Counted from the first letter of the stretch, positions 26,493 to 36,410 are shown. The stretch is DNA of 64,000 bases from Chloroflexota bacterium (GCA_037440625.1 JBBITT010000007.1:28257-92256); one strand, 5' to 3'. The notes: generated by a model from the letters alone, not told the origin. A program made the numbers and translations.

Positions 26493-29161
26493 CGTACCGT
26501 GATATTTTCGATCAACACTTGTTCGTGACCCTCGTTCGTTTTCAAGCGGATGCCCGTTCCCGGGTCGTACACGCCGATCTCAAGCGAGTACGTGCCGGGC
26601 GCTACCTCGCCAACCAACGTGTGCGGATCAACAATGTACTCGTTTTCGATCCAACCGGTCGTGGGCAAGGTACCGTTCCCGGGTTCGGCATCGCCGTAGG
26701 CAACCACGCGATTCTGCGCATCGAGTAAATGGACGAACACCGTGTACGGTGTATCCATCAAGGTAATGGCACGCCAATAGAGCGTGAGTTGCGCTGAATC
26801 GCTTTTCCAGTCGTATCCCAACAATTTTATTTTCCGATCGAACGTGGCTTCGAGCGCGCGAGGAATGGTGGGAGCGTCCATCATTCGCGCGCGATTTTTT
26901 ATTTCAACCTTGCCCAGCTCAACGATGGTGGGCATAAATGGCAACAGCGTTGAGCCGCGCAATTGATGGTCTTGCACGACGGCAAGTTTCACCGCATAAA
27001 TGCCATCCGCCAGATTAGCCGGTGGACGCATCACCGGCAAATCGCGCACATAGCTGTGGGGTTGCCACGCGAACGGCGGATAGCCGATGCTGAGCAAGGT
27101 ATCGCGGCTGGCAATTTGTTTACCGTTCGTATCTTCCAACCACACGCGCATCATTATATTGTCCGGTATTTTTTGCCAACCCGCGCGCCAAAGTAGCGTG
27201 ATGGGCAATGCATCGCCCGGGCGAATGGGTGCCCGGGTGTCGAGCGAATAGCCGGCGAGTGAGAGCACGCCGAAATCGGCATTGGTTGTATTGGCAATGT
27301 TCCACGTTTCGCGGCGCGGCGGGTTGACATCGGCGGTGAGCCAAACCTGGCTGACGTTGGCTTGCCCAAGGATTTCGTTGGTGGTGGCATCGTACATCGT
27401 TACGTGAATGGTGTACGTGCTGGGCGTTACGCCAAAAAAGATTGGCACGTCGTACGTATCGGCAACGATTTCGCCGGGACGCCACGCCGTCGTGGGATAC
27501 GCGTCGCGAACGGGGCGATGATCGCTTTGACCAAAGACGCGATGATCGCTCCGCAAGACCTTGACCGAGATGAGCGCATCGGTTTCGATTTTGTCTTCCA
27601 CGTGCCAGTACAATGTAACCCGTAGCGCACGTCCATTCTCGGCATGTTGCTCAAGTGTTTGGATCGTATAGCCGATCAGTTTTGCCGCCCCAAAGTTTGC
27701 GTCGAGCGGGCTGATGTTCTGGGGCATCGTGGTGATGGGTTGCGGATGAACGCGAATCAGGGGACCCAGCGATACGAGCGAATATTTTTCCGCCGCGCCT
27801 TTGAGCGGTCGCGTGAGATACACGGTGCGATTTTGTTTGAGTGCGGTTTCCACCGCCTTGAGGCGCGCGTCTTCTTTATCGGCGGCGATGGTCTCTAGAT
27901 CCGGGCGCAGATGAGCGTTCTCTTGAAAATAGCGAATTAGTGTCATCTCGCCGGTGATGCCGATCATCGTTGCGTTCGATTCGAGCGGCTGGGAAAGAAT
28001 GTTGCGCCCATAATCGTACACCTCCCATTTGGCGGAGAGATCGGTGGCGGCAAAATTGTTCGTGAGCAAGTAGAGCGGAACGAGCAAAGCGAGAATGAAA
28101 ACAGTAAAACGTAAAGCAAAAGACGTTGTGGCGCGTCCAAGTACGTCTATGCCGATGGCAAGCCAGAGTGCGAGCAAGAGGAAGGTGGTGAGAAAATGCA
28201 CCTCGACATCGGCGGTGCGATAGTTGAAGGCGAAGCCGGCTTGGACAATCAACGCAACAATGAGCAAGAGCCATTCGCGTGGTTTGCGAAGCATCGCGAT
28301 GCCCCCTACTACGATGAGTACAAGCCCGGCAAGCGTGAATTGATTCTGAAACAGCGTCCAATAGAACGCGGCATCGTGTTGCACTTGCAAGGGATTTTCA
28401 AAGAATGCCGTGTATTGCAATGCCATGACCCAGTTGAAGAAACCGGTAAGGGTGTTTTCATACGTGCCGTCCGCCGAGCCCACCGAAGCGCGTAAGGGTA
28501 AATACAAATATAGAAGCAAAGGCGCACAGAAAAAGAGAGCGGCGCGGGCAAGCGTTTTGAAATCGTGGAGAAGCGTGCGGTTGACCAGGAAAACGTAAAG
28601 CACGATGGCAGGCAAGAGCAAGAGGACAAGACGATGATGAGCAAGCCCTAGCCCTAGTGCAAACGCGAGGATGTAGAGCAATGGGCGAGGAGCGGAGGGC
28701 GAGAGGCGCAGAGTCAAATACAAAATTAGGGCGACCAGCAACATTTGGAGCGCGTACACTTCGGCGACGATGGCTTGCGCCCAAAATGTTTCGCCTACAG
28801 CAAAGGTGAGTGCGGCAATCAATGCCGCCAAGCGATGCTGGACAAGTTGGTGTGCCACGCGATAGACGAACGCGACTGCCAGCGCGGCGCAAAACGCGGA
28901 AAAGAGATTTAGGCGAAAGGCAACGTCGTTGAGCGGAACGATCAGCGTGAATAGTTTGCCGAGTAAGGTATAGAGCGGGTAGCCGGTGGGATGCAAGATG
29001 CCGAGACGCGGCACCACATACTGCATCTCCAGCGTGTCGTCAAAAACAAAAACGACTGAGGGCGCAAGGGTGCGCAGATAAAGCGTGAACGCCACAATGC
29101 CGACGAATGCGCTGATCATCGCATCGCGGCGCGTGGACCAAATCTTGGTGAGCGTTTTCAT
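26489..29161 (-). CDS. DUF2723/GT-C-type membrane glycosyltransferase (protein O-mannosyltransferase-like) with large C-terminal extracytoplasmic domain
   Basis: 890 aa; FTLYLRTLAPSVVFVFDDTLEMQYVVPRLGILHPTGYPLYTLLGK N-terminal signature; more than 10 TM helices then beta-rich C-terminal half. Confidence 0.75.
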   Translation of the reverse strand: MKTLTKIWSTRRDAMISAFVGIVAFTLYLRTLAPSVVFVFDDTLEMQYVVPRLGILHPTGYPLYTLLGKLFTLIVPLNDVAFRLNLFSAFCAALAVAFVYRVAHQLVQHRLAALIAALTFAVGETFWAQAIVAEVYALQMLLVALILYLTLRLSPSAPRPLLYILAFALGLGLAHHRLVLLLLPAIVLYVFLVNRTLLHDFKTLARAALFFCAPLLLYLYLPLRASVGSADGTYENTLTGFFNWVMALQYTAFFENPLQVQHDAAFYWTLFQNQFTLAGLVLIVVGGIAMLRKPREWLLLIVALIVQAGFAFNYRTADVEVHFLTTFLLLALWLAIGIDVLGRATTSFALRFTVFILALLVPLYLLTNNFAATDLSAKWEVYDYGRNILSQPLESNATMIGITGEMTLIRYFQENAHLRPDLETIAADKEDARLKAVETALKQNRTVYLTRPLKGAAEKYSLVSLGPLIRVHPQPITTMPQNISPLDANFGAAKLIGYTIQTLEQHAENGRALRVTLYWHVEDKIETDALISVKVLRSDHRVFGQSDHRPVRDAYPTTAWRPGEIVADTYDVPIFFGVTPSTYTIHVTMYDATTNEILGQANVSQVWLTADVNPPRRETWNIANTTNADFGVLSLAGYSLDTRAPIRPGDALPITLLWRAGWQKIPDNIMMRVWLEDTNGKQIASRDTLLSIGYPPFAWQPHSYVRDLPVMRPPANLADGIYAVKLAVVQDHQLRGSTLLPFMPTIVELGKVEIKNRARMMDAPTIPRALEATFDRKIKLLGYDWKSDSAQLTLYWRAITLMDTPYTVFVHLLDAQNRVVAYGDAEPGNGTLPTTGWIENEYIVDPHTLVGEVAPGTYSLEIGVYDPGTGIRLKTNEGHEQVLIENITVR

Positions 29162-29320
29162 CGTGCTGAGCCTCGCTTTCGCACCCTCGCCTGACTATAA
29201 GCATGCGCGTCCATTGAGCGGCTGGACTAGCCACGTGGTCTATTTGATGGCGCAGGTGCGAAATCTAGGCTGAGATGATAGCATAGAGTCGAGAGAAGCG
29301 CAAAAGGGAATGGGTTCGGT

Positions 29321-29896
29321 TCAGCGGTACACTTGTTGGTAGCGGAAGCAATTTATGAGGTGATCGTTGACCAATCCTGCCGCTTGCATAAACGCATAGC
29401 AAATCGTCGAGCCGACGAACTTGAACCCGCGCGCTTTTAAATCCCGGCTCATCGCATCCGATTCTTGGCTGGTTGCCGGAATCTGTTTGAGCGTCTTCCA
29501 TTTATTTACGATGGGCTTGCCGCCGACGAACTGCCAAATGTATGCATCGAACGAACCGAATTCTTTTTGTACCTCAAGGAATCGTTGCGCGTTGTTGATC
29601 GCCGCCGCGATTTTCAAACGATTGCGAATGATCCCAGCATCGCCCAGCAAGCGTCTCACATCGCGCGCGGTATATTTGGCGATGCGCGTGTAATCGAACT
29701 GATGGAAGGCGCGACGAAAATTCTCGCGCTTGTGCAAGACGATTGTCCAACTGACACCGGCTTGAAATGCATCCAACACGAGAAACTCGAACAGTTTGCG
29801 GTCGTCATGCACGGGGACGCCCCATTCGGTATCGTGGTATTCGATCATTTGTGGGTCGTTTAGGGGCCATGGGCAACGGTCTATGGGCTTGGTCAT
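29321..29896 (-). CDS. tag: DNA-3-methyladenine glycosylase I
   Basis: ATG 29896 preceded by GAGGAAACAGAA; CPWPLNDPQMIEYHDTEWGVPVHDD and FKFVGSTICYAFMQA motifs. Confidence 0.9.
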   Translation of the reverse strand: MTKPIDRCPWPLNDPQMIEYHDTEWGVPVHDDRKLFEFLVLDAFQAGVSWTIVLHKRENFRRAFHQFDYTRIAKYTARDVRRLLGDAGIIRNRLKIAAAINNAQRFLEVQKEFGSFDAYIWQFVGGKPIVNKWKTLKQIPATSQESDAMSRDLKARGFKFVGSTICYAFMQAAGLVNDHLINCFRYQQVYR

Positions 29897-29906
29897 TTCT
29901 GTTTCC

Positions 29907-30554
29907 TCATGGTTTTTTGTTCTCTGCGTGATTTGCGTTCTCTGCGGTAAGACGCTTGTGCGCTGGATGAAAACCAATGCCGATAACATACTGCTCGCGG
30001 CTCTCCTGCCGTGATGCCGGCGGACGATGCACGCTCACTTGCCGGAAATATTGTCGCGTTTCTTTGACAAACGCCTCCAAGTCTTCGCCTTGAAATACCT
30101 TGACCACAAACTTGCCATCGTTTTTGAGACATCGAATCGCTAGTTGGAGCGACGCGCGCGCGAGTTCAATCGAGCGAGCGTGATCAACGAGGTGAATGCC
30201 GGACGTTGCCGGCGAAACATCGGACATGACCAGATCGGCATTGCCGCTCAACGCACTTGTAATGTGGGCGAGCGTTGCCGGTTTCGTAATGTCGCCGCGA
30301 ATCGTCGTTACCCCAGCGAGCGGCTGAATCGGCGAGAGATCCACGGCAACGACCCGGGCGCCCAATTGCGCGGCGACTTGACTCCAACTGCCCGGCGCGG
30401 CACCTAGATCGAGAATGGTCATCCCGGCGCGAATCAATTTGTAGCGTTCGTTCAGTTCGATCAATTTGTACGCCGATCGCGCGCGATAGCCCTCGCGCTT
30501 GGCTTGGCGAAAATATTTGTCTTGACTTTGGTGTTTACGCCAATCGCGTGGCAT
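29907..30554 (-). CDS. rlmE: 23S rRNA (uridine-2'-O)-methyltransferase RlmE/FtsJ
   Basis: ATG 30554 preceded by AAAGGAA; YRARSAYKLIELNE, DLGAAPGSWSQV SAM motif, VMSDVSP, VKVFQGE. Confidence 0.9.
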   Translation of the reverse strand: MPRDWRKHQSQDKYFRQAKREGYRARSAYKLIELNERYKLIRAGMTILDLGAAPGSWSQVAAQLGARVVAVDLSPIQPLAGVTTIRGDITKPATLAHITSALSGNADLVMSDVSPATSGIHLVDHARSIELARASLQLAIRCLKNDGKFVVKVFQGEDLEAFVKETRQYFRQVSVHRPPASRQESREQYVIGIGFHPAHKRLTAENANHAENKKP

Positions 30555-30620
30555 GCTGTTCCTTTCTGCGGCAGAATTGATCCGGAAACACACGGAAAAA
30601 TCTGTATGATTCTGTCGAAT

Positions 30621-31709
30621 TCACGGACGCCCGACGGTCAACAGATACAACGCGGCTTCGGTTTTGCCATCCACACCCAACAGACGATTCACATCATTAT
30701 CCCAGAATGCGCCTACGGCACACGCGCCCAAACCTTGTGCCACCGCCTCCAAATAAATATTTTGTCCGATATGCCCGGCTTCCAGCATCACGTAGCGATA
30801 GGTGCGATCTTGATAGCGCCACCGCGCGCGCTGAAAAATGCCGGTCAACGCAATCACCACGCCGGCTTTGGCAAAAAATTCTTGACCGAGCGCTGCATCC
30901 GCAATCGTCTGACGAAAATCGCCCACGCGGATCTGTTCCAGCGCGTGCGCGCGAATGTTGTAATGATAGATGCCTTGCGCCAAGCCGGCAACGTAATTGA
31001 CGATGAGGTACGTTTCAATGGGATATTGTGCACCGGCGGATGGCGCGGCGCGCAAACCACTCCCCCAGCGCAGATCGTTGATGCCGGTGCTATAGAACAA
31101 TAACCGATTCAATTCCTCCAGCGTGAGTTCCCCAACGTAATCGCGGACGGAACGCCGCCGCACAATGGCTTGTTCCACGCTCATTCCATCGCGCGGCGGA
31201 ACAGACGGCAAAGTGATTTTAGGCGCATCGGCATATTCTTTGAATAGCGGTGGTTGCGTGCCCCAATCAATCATCGTGCTGATGAGTGAGACGTTTCCCG
31301 GCTTGCTCCAGTGATGATACACCACGCCGATGTCTTCATCCGTCGGCAAATTGGCGCGCCGGGTAGGTGCGAGAAAATTGCCGGCAAGGAATCCACCAAT
31401 CGCGCTGACCAGCCAGATCAACACGTTGCGTCGAGTGATGCTGGCGGAGACCGCCGCGCTTGGCTTTGGTTGCGGCGTCGTTGTGTTGCGCGATGAAAAA
31501 CTGAACAAGCGCCGCGTGCCGGTGAACCAAGGTTGCAGTCGGAGCAAAAAGTGGATGGCGAGCAACCCGGCGAGCACAAACGCCGGATACTTGTGCAAAA
31601 CGAAATCGTTGATGTCGAACAGTTCGGCGATGATGCCGGTGGCGGCGACCCAAATGGCGGTTGGCAACATCACCAGATTCACCAACCAATTGAATCGTTG
31701 CTTGAGCAT
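30621..31709 (-). CDS. SagB-type dehydrogenase / nitroreductase-family protein with N-terminal membrane anchor
   Basis: 362 aa; N-terminal TM helices and an ITRRNVLIWLVSAIGG segment; RRRSVRDY, RAAPSAGAQYPIETY, RYVMLEAGHIGQNIYLEA motifs. Confidence 0.8.
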   Translation of the reverse strand: MLKQRFNWLVNLVMLPTAIWVAATGIIAELFDINDFVLHKYPAFVLAGLLAIHFLLRLQPWFTGTRRLFSFSSRNTTTPQPKPSAAVSASITRRNVLIWLVSAIGGFLAGNFLAPTRRANLPTDEDIGVVYHHWSKPGNVSLISTMIDWGTQPPLFKEYADAPKITLPSVPPRDGMSVEQAIVRRRSVRDYVGELTLEELNRLLFYSTGINDLRWGSGLRAAPSAGAQYPIETYLIVNYVAGLAQGIYHYNIRAHALEQIRVGDFRQTIADAALGQEFFAKAGVVIALTGIFQRARWRYQDRTYRYVMLEAGHIGQNIYLEAVAQGLGACAVGAFWDNDVNRLLGVDGKTEAALYLLTVGRP

Positions 31710-31811
31710 CGGTCGTTCCTATCTAGTGCAACAACATGAACTAGTTGCATCCTAGACCGACGGGAAGACGGCGACAGACGCGGGTAAAAATCGAGTTTTC
31801 ACCACGCGCTT

Positions 31812-32462
31812 TCATGTTGGTGCACTAGTAGAATGTTCTGATATTTCTCTCACCAAAGGATGCTGGCGAGGTAATTCGTAACTATGCGCATAAATGTTCA
31901 GGATACATTCACTCCATTGTGCGCCAGCGGGCACACGCGCAGAGGCAGTGACCGGCAACCACAGCAATATCATCCGCAGCGTGCCTTCACGGTCTGCCAT
32001 CGGCACGTAATAGTCCGGCACGCCTTCCACGCGGCGCGCGCCGTGTCGCCGATAAAACTCGAGACGACGCGCGCGCAAACGTCGTTCGGCTGCGTTTCCT
32101 TCATCCGCCGGTTCCACTTCGATGAGCAAGCCCAAGGTGCCGGGGTGGGCACGCATCGCCGTGATGACCTCATCCAACAATCGTCCGCCGATGCCGCGCC
32201 CGCGCACTTGATTTGAAACGGCGAGATACTCGAGCAAGTGAATATCGGACGCGATGTGCGGCACGATGATTGCCAACCCCAGCATCTCATCGTCTTGCAT
32301 CGCGGTAAAACACCATCGCTCGCCTCGGGCAATCGAATTCAGCAAGTACGAAAAATCCGCGCGCTCGTAAGACGGAAAACTGTCGAGATAAATCGCGCGG
32401 AGTTGTGCTTGGTGTTTTACGGAGAATTGCGATTGTGGAGTAACGATGATTGACTCTGTCAA
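31812..32462 (-). CDS. GNAT-family N-acetyltransferase
   Basis: 216 aa; motif A QVRGRGIGGRLL; begins 5 nt after the Mre11-like stop. Confidence 0.8.
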   Translation of the reverse strand: MTESIIVTPQSQFSVKHQAQLRAIYLDSFPSYERADFSYLLNSIARGERWCFTAMQDDEMLGLAIIVPHIASDIHLLEYLAVSNQVRGRGIGGRLLDEVITAMRAHPGTLGLLIEVEPADEGNAAERRLRARRLEFYRRHGARRVEGVPDYYVPMADREGTLRMILLWLPVTASARVPAGAQWSECILNIYAHSYELPRQHPLVREISEHSTSAPT

Positions 32463-32467
32463 CTTGC

Positions 32468-33640
32468 CTACTCGTCTGTTCGAATTCGTGCCATCACCAG
32501 CGCGCGCGCCTCTTCGATCAATGCGCGGTCATCGCCTTGACGTTGCGCGGCAAACTCGTCTGCCACGCGCTCGATCTCGTGACGAAGGCTGACTACTTCG
32601 CCGCCCCCCACGCTATCATTCGCGTTTTCGCTTTTCAATTTTACCTCCGTGCGATCAAGGTCGAAATAAAAGTTGAGCTCGTTGCCCAAGCGCCAGATGT
32701 CAAAAAATTTCAAACGATGGTACACGTCGCGCTCGAGGGGACCTTCGAGGCGGAGTTGCATCATTTGTTCGGTGTCTGCCCATTCGTGCAATTTATCGAA
32801 CACGTACTCGGTGGGCGTGTCGTGGGGCAGATCGGTGGTGCGAATGATTTCACGCCGCATCGGTTGTGGCTCGATCGGTTGATGTTGCAATTTCACGGCG
32901 TCGCGGCCATCGAGTTCGACATAGTAAAAGCCGGTGCGTTCTTCGCTTTCGCCAAAGGTCATCCGCTCGGTCGCGCCGGGAATGATCACGGTGGAACGTT
33001 CGACGACGGCTTTGTGCGTGCGATGAAGATCGCCCAAGAAAAGATAATCAATGTCTTGCATCTGGGCGACGCGTGCTTTGGGCAAGATGGCTTCGGTAAA
33101 ACCGGGCGGCACACAACCTTCAAAACCGCAATGCAGCAAAAGCAGCGTTACATCCGCGTTTGGTTTGGTGTACGTCACATCGTCAAGCGGGTCGGCGCCG
33201 GCATCAAGACGTGGATCGGGGGCGATGCCGCCGATTGCCACCGTTTGCCCTTCGATCTTGACGAGATCAAATTCGATTTCGGTGCGCTTGGTGAACACCC
33301 GCGCGGCGCGGAGGGCATCGTAAATGCGCACCGGCGTCGCGCCCTCGCTCGACGTGGGCATATCGTGGTTGCCGCTGATCGCGTAGATGCGAATGTTTGC
33401 CTCGCGCAATTTTTGAAATTGTTGCGCGACGAAGGTGAGTTCCGCGGGCGGCGGCGCTTCGCGGTCGAACAAATCGCCGCATTGCAAGAAGAGATGGGCG
33501 CGCTTGGCAATCGCAAAGTCAACGGCTTGCGCGAACGCGTTGCGCAGACGCCGGCGGCGTTCCGCGAGTTGCTTTACATTCATTTTGCCGTAATAACGGC
33601 CCAGGTGGTTATCGGCAGTACAGATTAGTCGAATAGTCAT
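32468..33640 (-). CDS. Mre11/SbcD-like metallophosphoesterase nuclease
   Basis: 390 aa; all calcineurin-like motifs present: TADNHLG, CGDLFD, ISGNHDMP, LLLHCGFEG, FLGDLHRTH. Confidence 0.8.
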   Translation of the reverse strand: MTIRLICTADNHLGRYYGKMNVKQLAERRRRLRNAFAQAVDFAIAKRAHLFLQCGDLFDREAPPPAELTFVAQQFQKLREANIRIYAISGNHDMPTSSEGATPVRIYDALRAARVFTKRTEIEFDLVKIEGQTVAIGGIAPDPRLDAGADPLDDVTYTKPNADVTLLLLHCGFEGCVPPGFTEAILPKARVAQMQDIDYLFLGDLHRTHKAVVERSTVIIPGATERMTFGESEERTGFYYVELDGRDAVKLQHQPIEPQPMRREIIRTTDLPHDTPTEYVFDKLHEWADTEQMMQLRLEGPLERDVYHRLKFFDIWRLGNELNFYFDLDRTEVKLKSENANDSVGGGEVVSLRHEIERVADEFAAQRQGDDRALIEEARALVMARIRTDE

Positions 33641-33812
33641 AATAGTCTCGTCGTCAGTCTTGAGAGCATCTTTTCTTCTTTGTATTGCTTACATCCTCGC
33701 TTCGTCAGCGTCAACCATTGCAAAATTGAAACGCGCCTTGCCAAAGTTTTTTCCGCGTTCATCTGCGCTCGTCGGCGTCCAATCATTTGTCGCCTTCCGT
33801 CCTCCGTCCGCC

Positions 33813-35603
33813 TCACACCGCTTCCTTCCACTCGCTCCGTCCACGCGCTTTGCGTTCCTCCTTCACTTTTTGTTCACGCACGATGGTCTTGACTTCGCTC
33901 CGCGCGCGCTCTAGCGCACCAATCACATCAATATCGTTGCCGCCTTCTTTCGATTCGCGCTGACCCACCTTGATCATCACCGGTACGCGCACCAGCGGAC
34001 CCAGAATCACCGCCTCGCCCACATTCAAGCCGGGCAAGTCCGCCAACAATCCCTCGCTGATGCCTTCGGACGATTGACGCACCGCATTTTGATCTTGCGG
34101 GTTGGTGAGCCGCATAATGATTTGCGAGTTGCACTGCGAAAGCGTATCGCCGTGAACTTTGTAGGGACGTTGGGTGATCAGAATCATAAACAAACCAAAC
34201 TTGCGCCCCTCAGATGCGATCCGTTTGATAATGCCTGCCGAATGTGATTGCGCACCTTGACCGCCCGGCACAAAATTGTGCGCTTCTTCCAAAACGAAAA
34301 AGACCGGTCGCGGCAATCCTTCATTGACCGCGATGCCCCACGCCTCATTCAACACTTTGGCGACGATAAATTCCGAAATCCATTGATCCACGCCGGCGAC
34401 ATCAATCACCGAAAGCGTCATCGGACGCAACAGTTCTTGCATCGGTACATCTTCATAGCCCCAAATAGCCACCCGCTCGAGCAGTTCGATGTACTTGATC
34501 GCTTTTTGCGCGCCGCTGATCGCATCGAACGACGGGGTTTTATCTTTCGTGGGTTTGTGGTTGTTTTCGCGGGTTTCGGGTTCGGGCTTGCCAAAATCGT
34601 CCCAATCCACGTTGGCTTTTTCCGCAATCCGTTTGCCGAACGCTCGATCAAATTCCTCCTCATCACCAATCGCTGGACTAAGCGGGCGTGTGCTGCGCGG
34701 CGTTCCCATCGAGGGTGCGCCTAACTCGCCGCTATTTGCCAACGCTTCAAGTTCTTCGCGGAATTGTTTCGGTGTGTAATCGGTGCCTTGCAACTTGTCC
34801 CAGACGGTTTGAATCGCTTTGCGAATGTTGGTCGAAGTGGGCGCAATGCCGGTCATTGAACAAATTTCTTCCACTTCGAGTTTGGAAAATTGCATCGTAA
34901 ACTTTTTCGCGCCGCCGATTTCTTCGTCGGTGATGCGCCCGGCCCGCGTGGTGGGCAACCGATAAATCTCCACGCGGTCGGCAAACGATGTTACACGATG
35001 TTGCGGATCGCGGCGCATCAACACGTAATCGCTGTTCGGATCGAAAACCACAATCGTTCCGCCGAGTTGCAACAGTTTTTCGAGGATGACGCCGACGGTG
35101 TACGATTTGCCCGCGCCGGTTTGTGCGATCACCGCCAGATGCCGGCGCAAGCCATTCGGATTGAGTTGCACCGCCACTTGATCGCGATTGATGAGCGTGC
35201 CAATTTCGATGCCACTTTCGATGCCGGAAAAGAATTGGCGGAGCAATTCATCGGGCGCGAGCGAAACGCCGGTGCCGGGCATGGCGGCGTGGCGTGGAAA
35301 CTTGATTTTGTGATTGTCCGCGTCGTCAATATAGCCCAACACTTGGGCGGTGCCTTGCACAATCGGCGGCGAGGATTTCAAACGATTGAGGATTGCTTCG
35401 ACTTCGCTATAACCCAGCGAGGTGTTGAGCAAACGCGAGGAAACGCTGAGCGATGTTACTTGAGCCAATACATCAATCGTACGATGGGGTTCGTGCACCT
35501 TGACGACCAGGTACTCTAAACGTGGCGGTGCAATTTCGCGATTCGTCACAAATGTGAATTCGTTTGTGCTCACTTCACCCACGATGTAACCGACTGCGTC
35601 CAT
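33813..35603 (-). CDS. HerA-like (DUF87/FtsK-superfamily) hexameric ATPase
   Basis: 596 aa; N-terminal HAS-barrel-like region, Walker A AQTGAGKSY, Walker B VFFVLEEAHNF, FMILITQRP; acidic insert between the motifs. Confidence 0.8.
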   Translation of the reverse strand: MDAVGYIVGEVSTNEFTFVTNREIAPPRLEYLVVKVHEPHRTIDVLAQVTSLSVSSRLLNTSLGYSEVEAILNRLKSSPPIVQGTAQVLGYIDDADNHKIKFPRHAAMPGTGVSLAPDELLRQFFSGIESGIEIGTLINRDQVAVQLNPNGLRRHLAVIAQTGAGKSYTVGVILEKLLQLGGTIVVFDPNSDYVLMRRDPQHRVTSFADRVEIYRLPTTRAGRITDEEIGGAKKFTMQFSKLEVEEICSMTGIAPTSTNIRKAIQTVWDKLQGTDYTPKQFREELEALANSGELGAPSMGTPRSTRPLSPAIGDEEEFDRAFGKRIAEKANVDWDDFGKPEPETRENNHKPTKDKTPSFDAISGAQKAIKYIELLERVAIWGYEDVPMQELLRPMTLSVIDVAGVDQWISEFIVAKVLNEAWGIAVNEGLPRPVFFVLEEAHNFVPGGQGAQSHSAGIIKRIASEGRKFGLFMILITQRPYKVHGDTLSQCNSQIIMRLTNPQDQNAVRQSSEGISEGLLADLPGLNVGEAVILGPLVRVPVMIKVGQRESKEGGNDIDVIGALERARSEVKTIVREQKVKEERKARGRSEWKEAV

Positions 35604-35613
35604 AGTAAACCCT

Positions 35614-35656
35614 CGTTTCAGGTTTCAAGGTTTCATGTTTAACCTGCAACCTTAAA
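35614..35656. repeat. heptanucleotide-type repeat in the HerA leader
   Basis: cgtttca|ggtttca|aggtttca|tgtttaa|cctgcaa|ccttaaa (minus strand: GAAACCT-like units just upstream of ATG 35603). Confidence 0.6.
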
Positions 35657-35698
35657 CTCTGCGACTTAATTCGATTGAACAATCGTTCTACGGTGAGC

Positions 35699-35727
35699 AT
35701 TATAGCCGATGCGGAAACGAGTGTCAA
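35699..35727 (-). promoter_or_regulatory. consensus sigma70 promoter upstream of the HerA-like gene
   Basis: Reverse strand reads TTGACA (35727-22) - 17 nt - TATAAT (35704-35699), a perfect consensus, about 95 nt upstream of ATG 35603. Confidence 0.6.
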
Positions 35728-35773
35728 GGGGAAAACGACGGAGGACAGATTATTTTTTGATTTTGTCCGCGTC

Positions 35774-36394
35774 CTATCCCAACGCGCGTTTGATTTGCTC
35801 AACGTGCTTGAGCGTGGGCAACCAGAATTCGCCAACGTGTTTGCACTCGGTCGGTTTCAGCACAAGATCGAGATGCTTGCCGGCAAAGGTGTGGCGCCGA
35901 TTCTTTTTCACGCGACCTTGCTTGGAGCGTGGGCTATCGAGGAACACGTGCACGTGGAGTTTACGCGCGCGATGCGTTATAATCAAATCCACGCCGCCTT
36001 GTACATCTTGCGCGGGATCGTAGTCAACGCTGAGGTCATTCTCGCGGAGAAGCGCGAGCAAATACACATCGCGCACAAAGGAAGGATACGCGCGCTTGAG
36101 CCGCGCGAGGAGCGCTTGCTTTTTCGATGCGTGTTCCGCCGGTCTCCATTTGCGCAAGAACTCGTTGTTCAACACATCGCGGTTGAGCGCGATGTAATGT
36201 GCGGCAAATTCGTCTGGCGAGGGAATGCGCTGAAACGTTTCGAGATAATCCACGAAGGCGACAACGAAAGCCGGCGGCTGATACCGCCATTCGATTTCGT
36301 CGTCTTTGACCGAATCAAATTCAAGCGGATAGTGCGCAATTTGTTGTTCGATTTCGGCGGTTGAAAGGATATTCATCGGGGAGGGGCGAGGCAT
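35774..36394 (-). CDS. hypothetical protein downstream of nfo (nuclease-fold guess only)
   Basis: Track ORF 35774..36421 overlaps nfo stop; start uncertain (ATG 36394 or 36376, no clear RBS); RAYPSFVRDVYLLALL ... GGVDLIITHRARKLHVHVFLDS; family not recognised. Confidence 0.5.
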   Translation of the reverse strand: MPRPSPMNILSTAEIEQQIAHYPLEFDSVKDDEIEWRYQPPAFVVAFVDYLETFQRIPSPDEFAAHYIALNRDVLNNEFLRKWRPAEHASKKQALLARLKRAYPSFVRDVYLLALLRENDLSVDYDPAQDVQGGVDLIITHRARKLHVHVFLDSPRSKQGRVKKNRRHTFAGKHLDLVLKPTECKHVGEFWLPTLKHVEQIKRALG

Positions 36395-36410
36395 GCGTTC
36401 GGCTTTGACT

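Noticed and set aside
32450-33628. 392-aa plus-strand ORF
   Set aside because: It is a complete antisense shadow of the Mre11/SbcD-like gene, which has all five phosphoesterase motifs. No motifs or RBS are present on the plus-strand ORF.
33637-33831. 64-aa highly basic minus-strand ORF bridging the HerA-like stop and the Mre11-like start (ends in an ATGA overlap)
   Set aside because: The coupling geometry is tempting. However, the ORF spans a low-complexity repeat spacer, uses many rare codons (AGG, AGA, CTA, TTA), has no RBS and has no recognisable fold. I treat it as non-coding unless conservation is shown.
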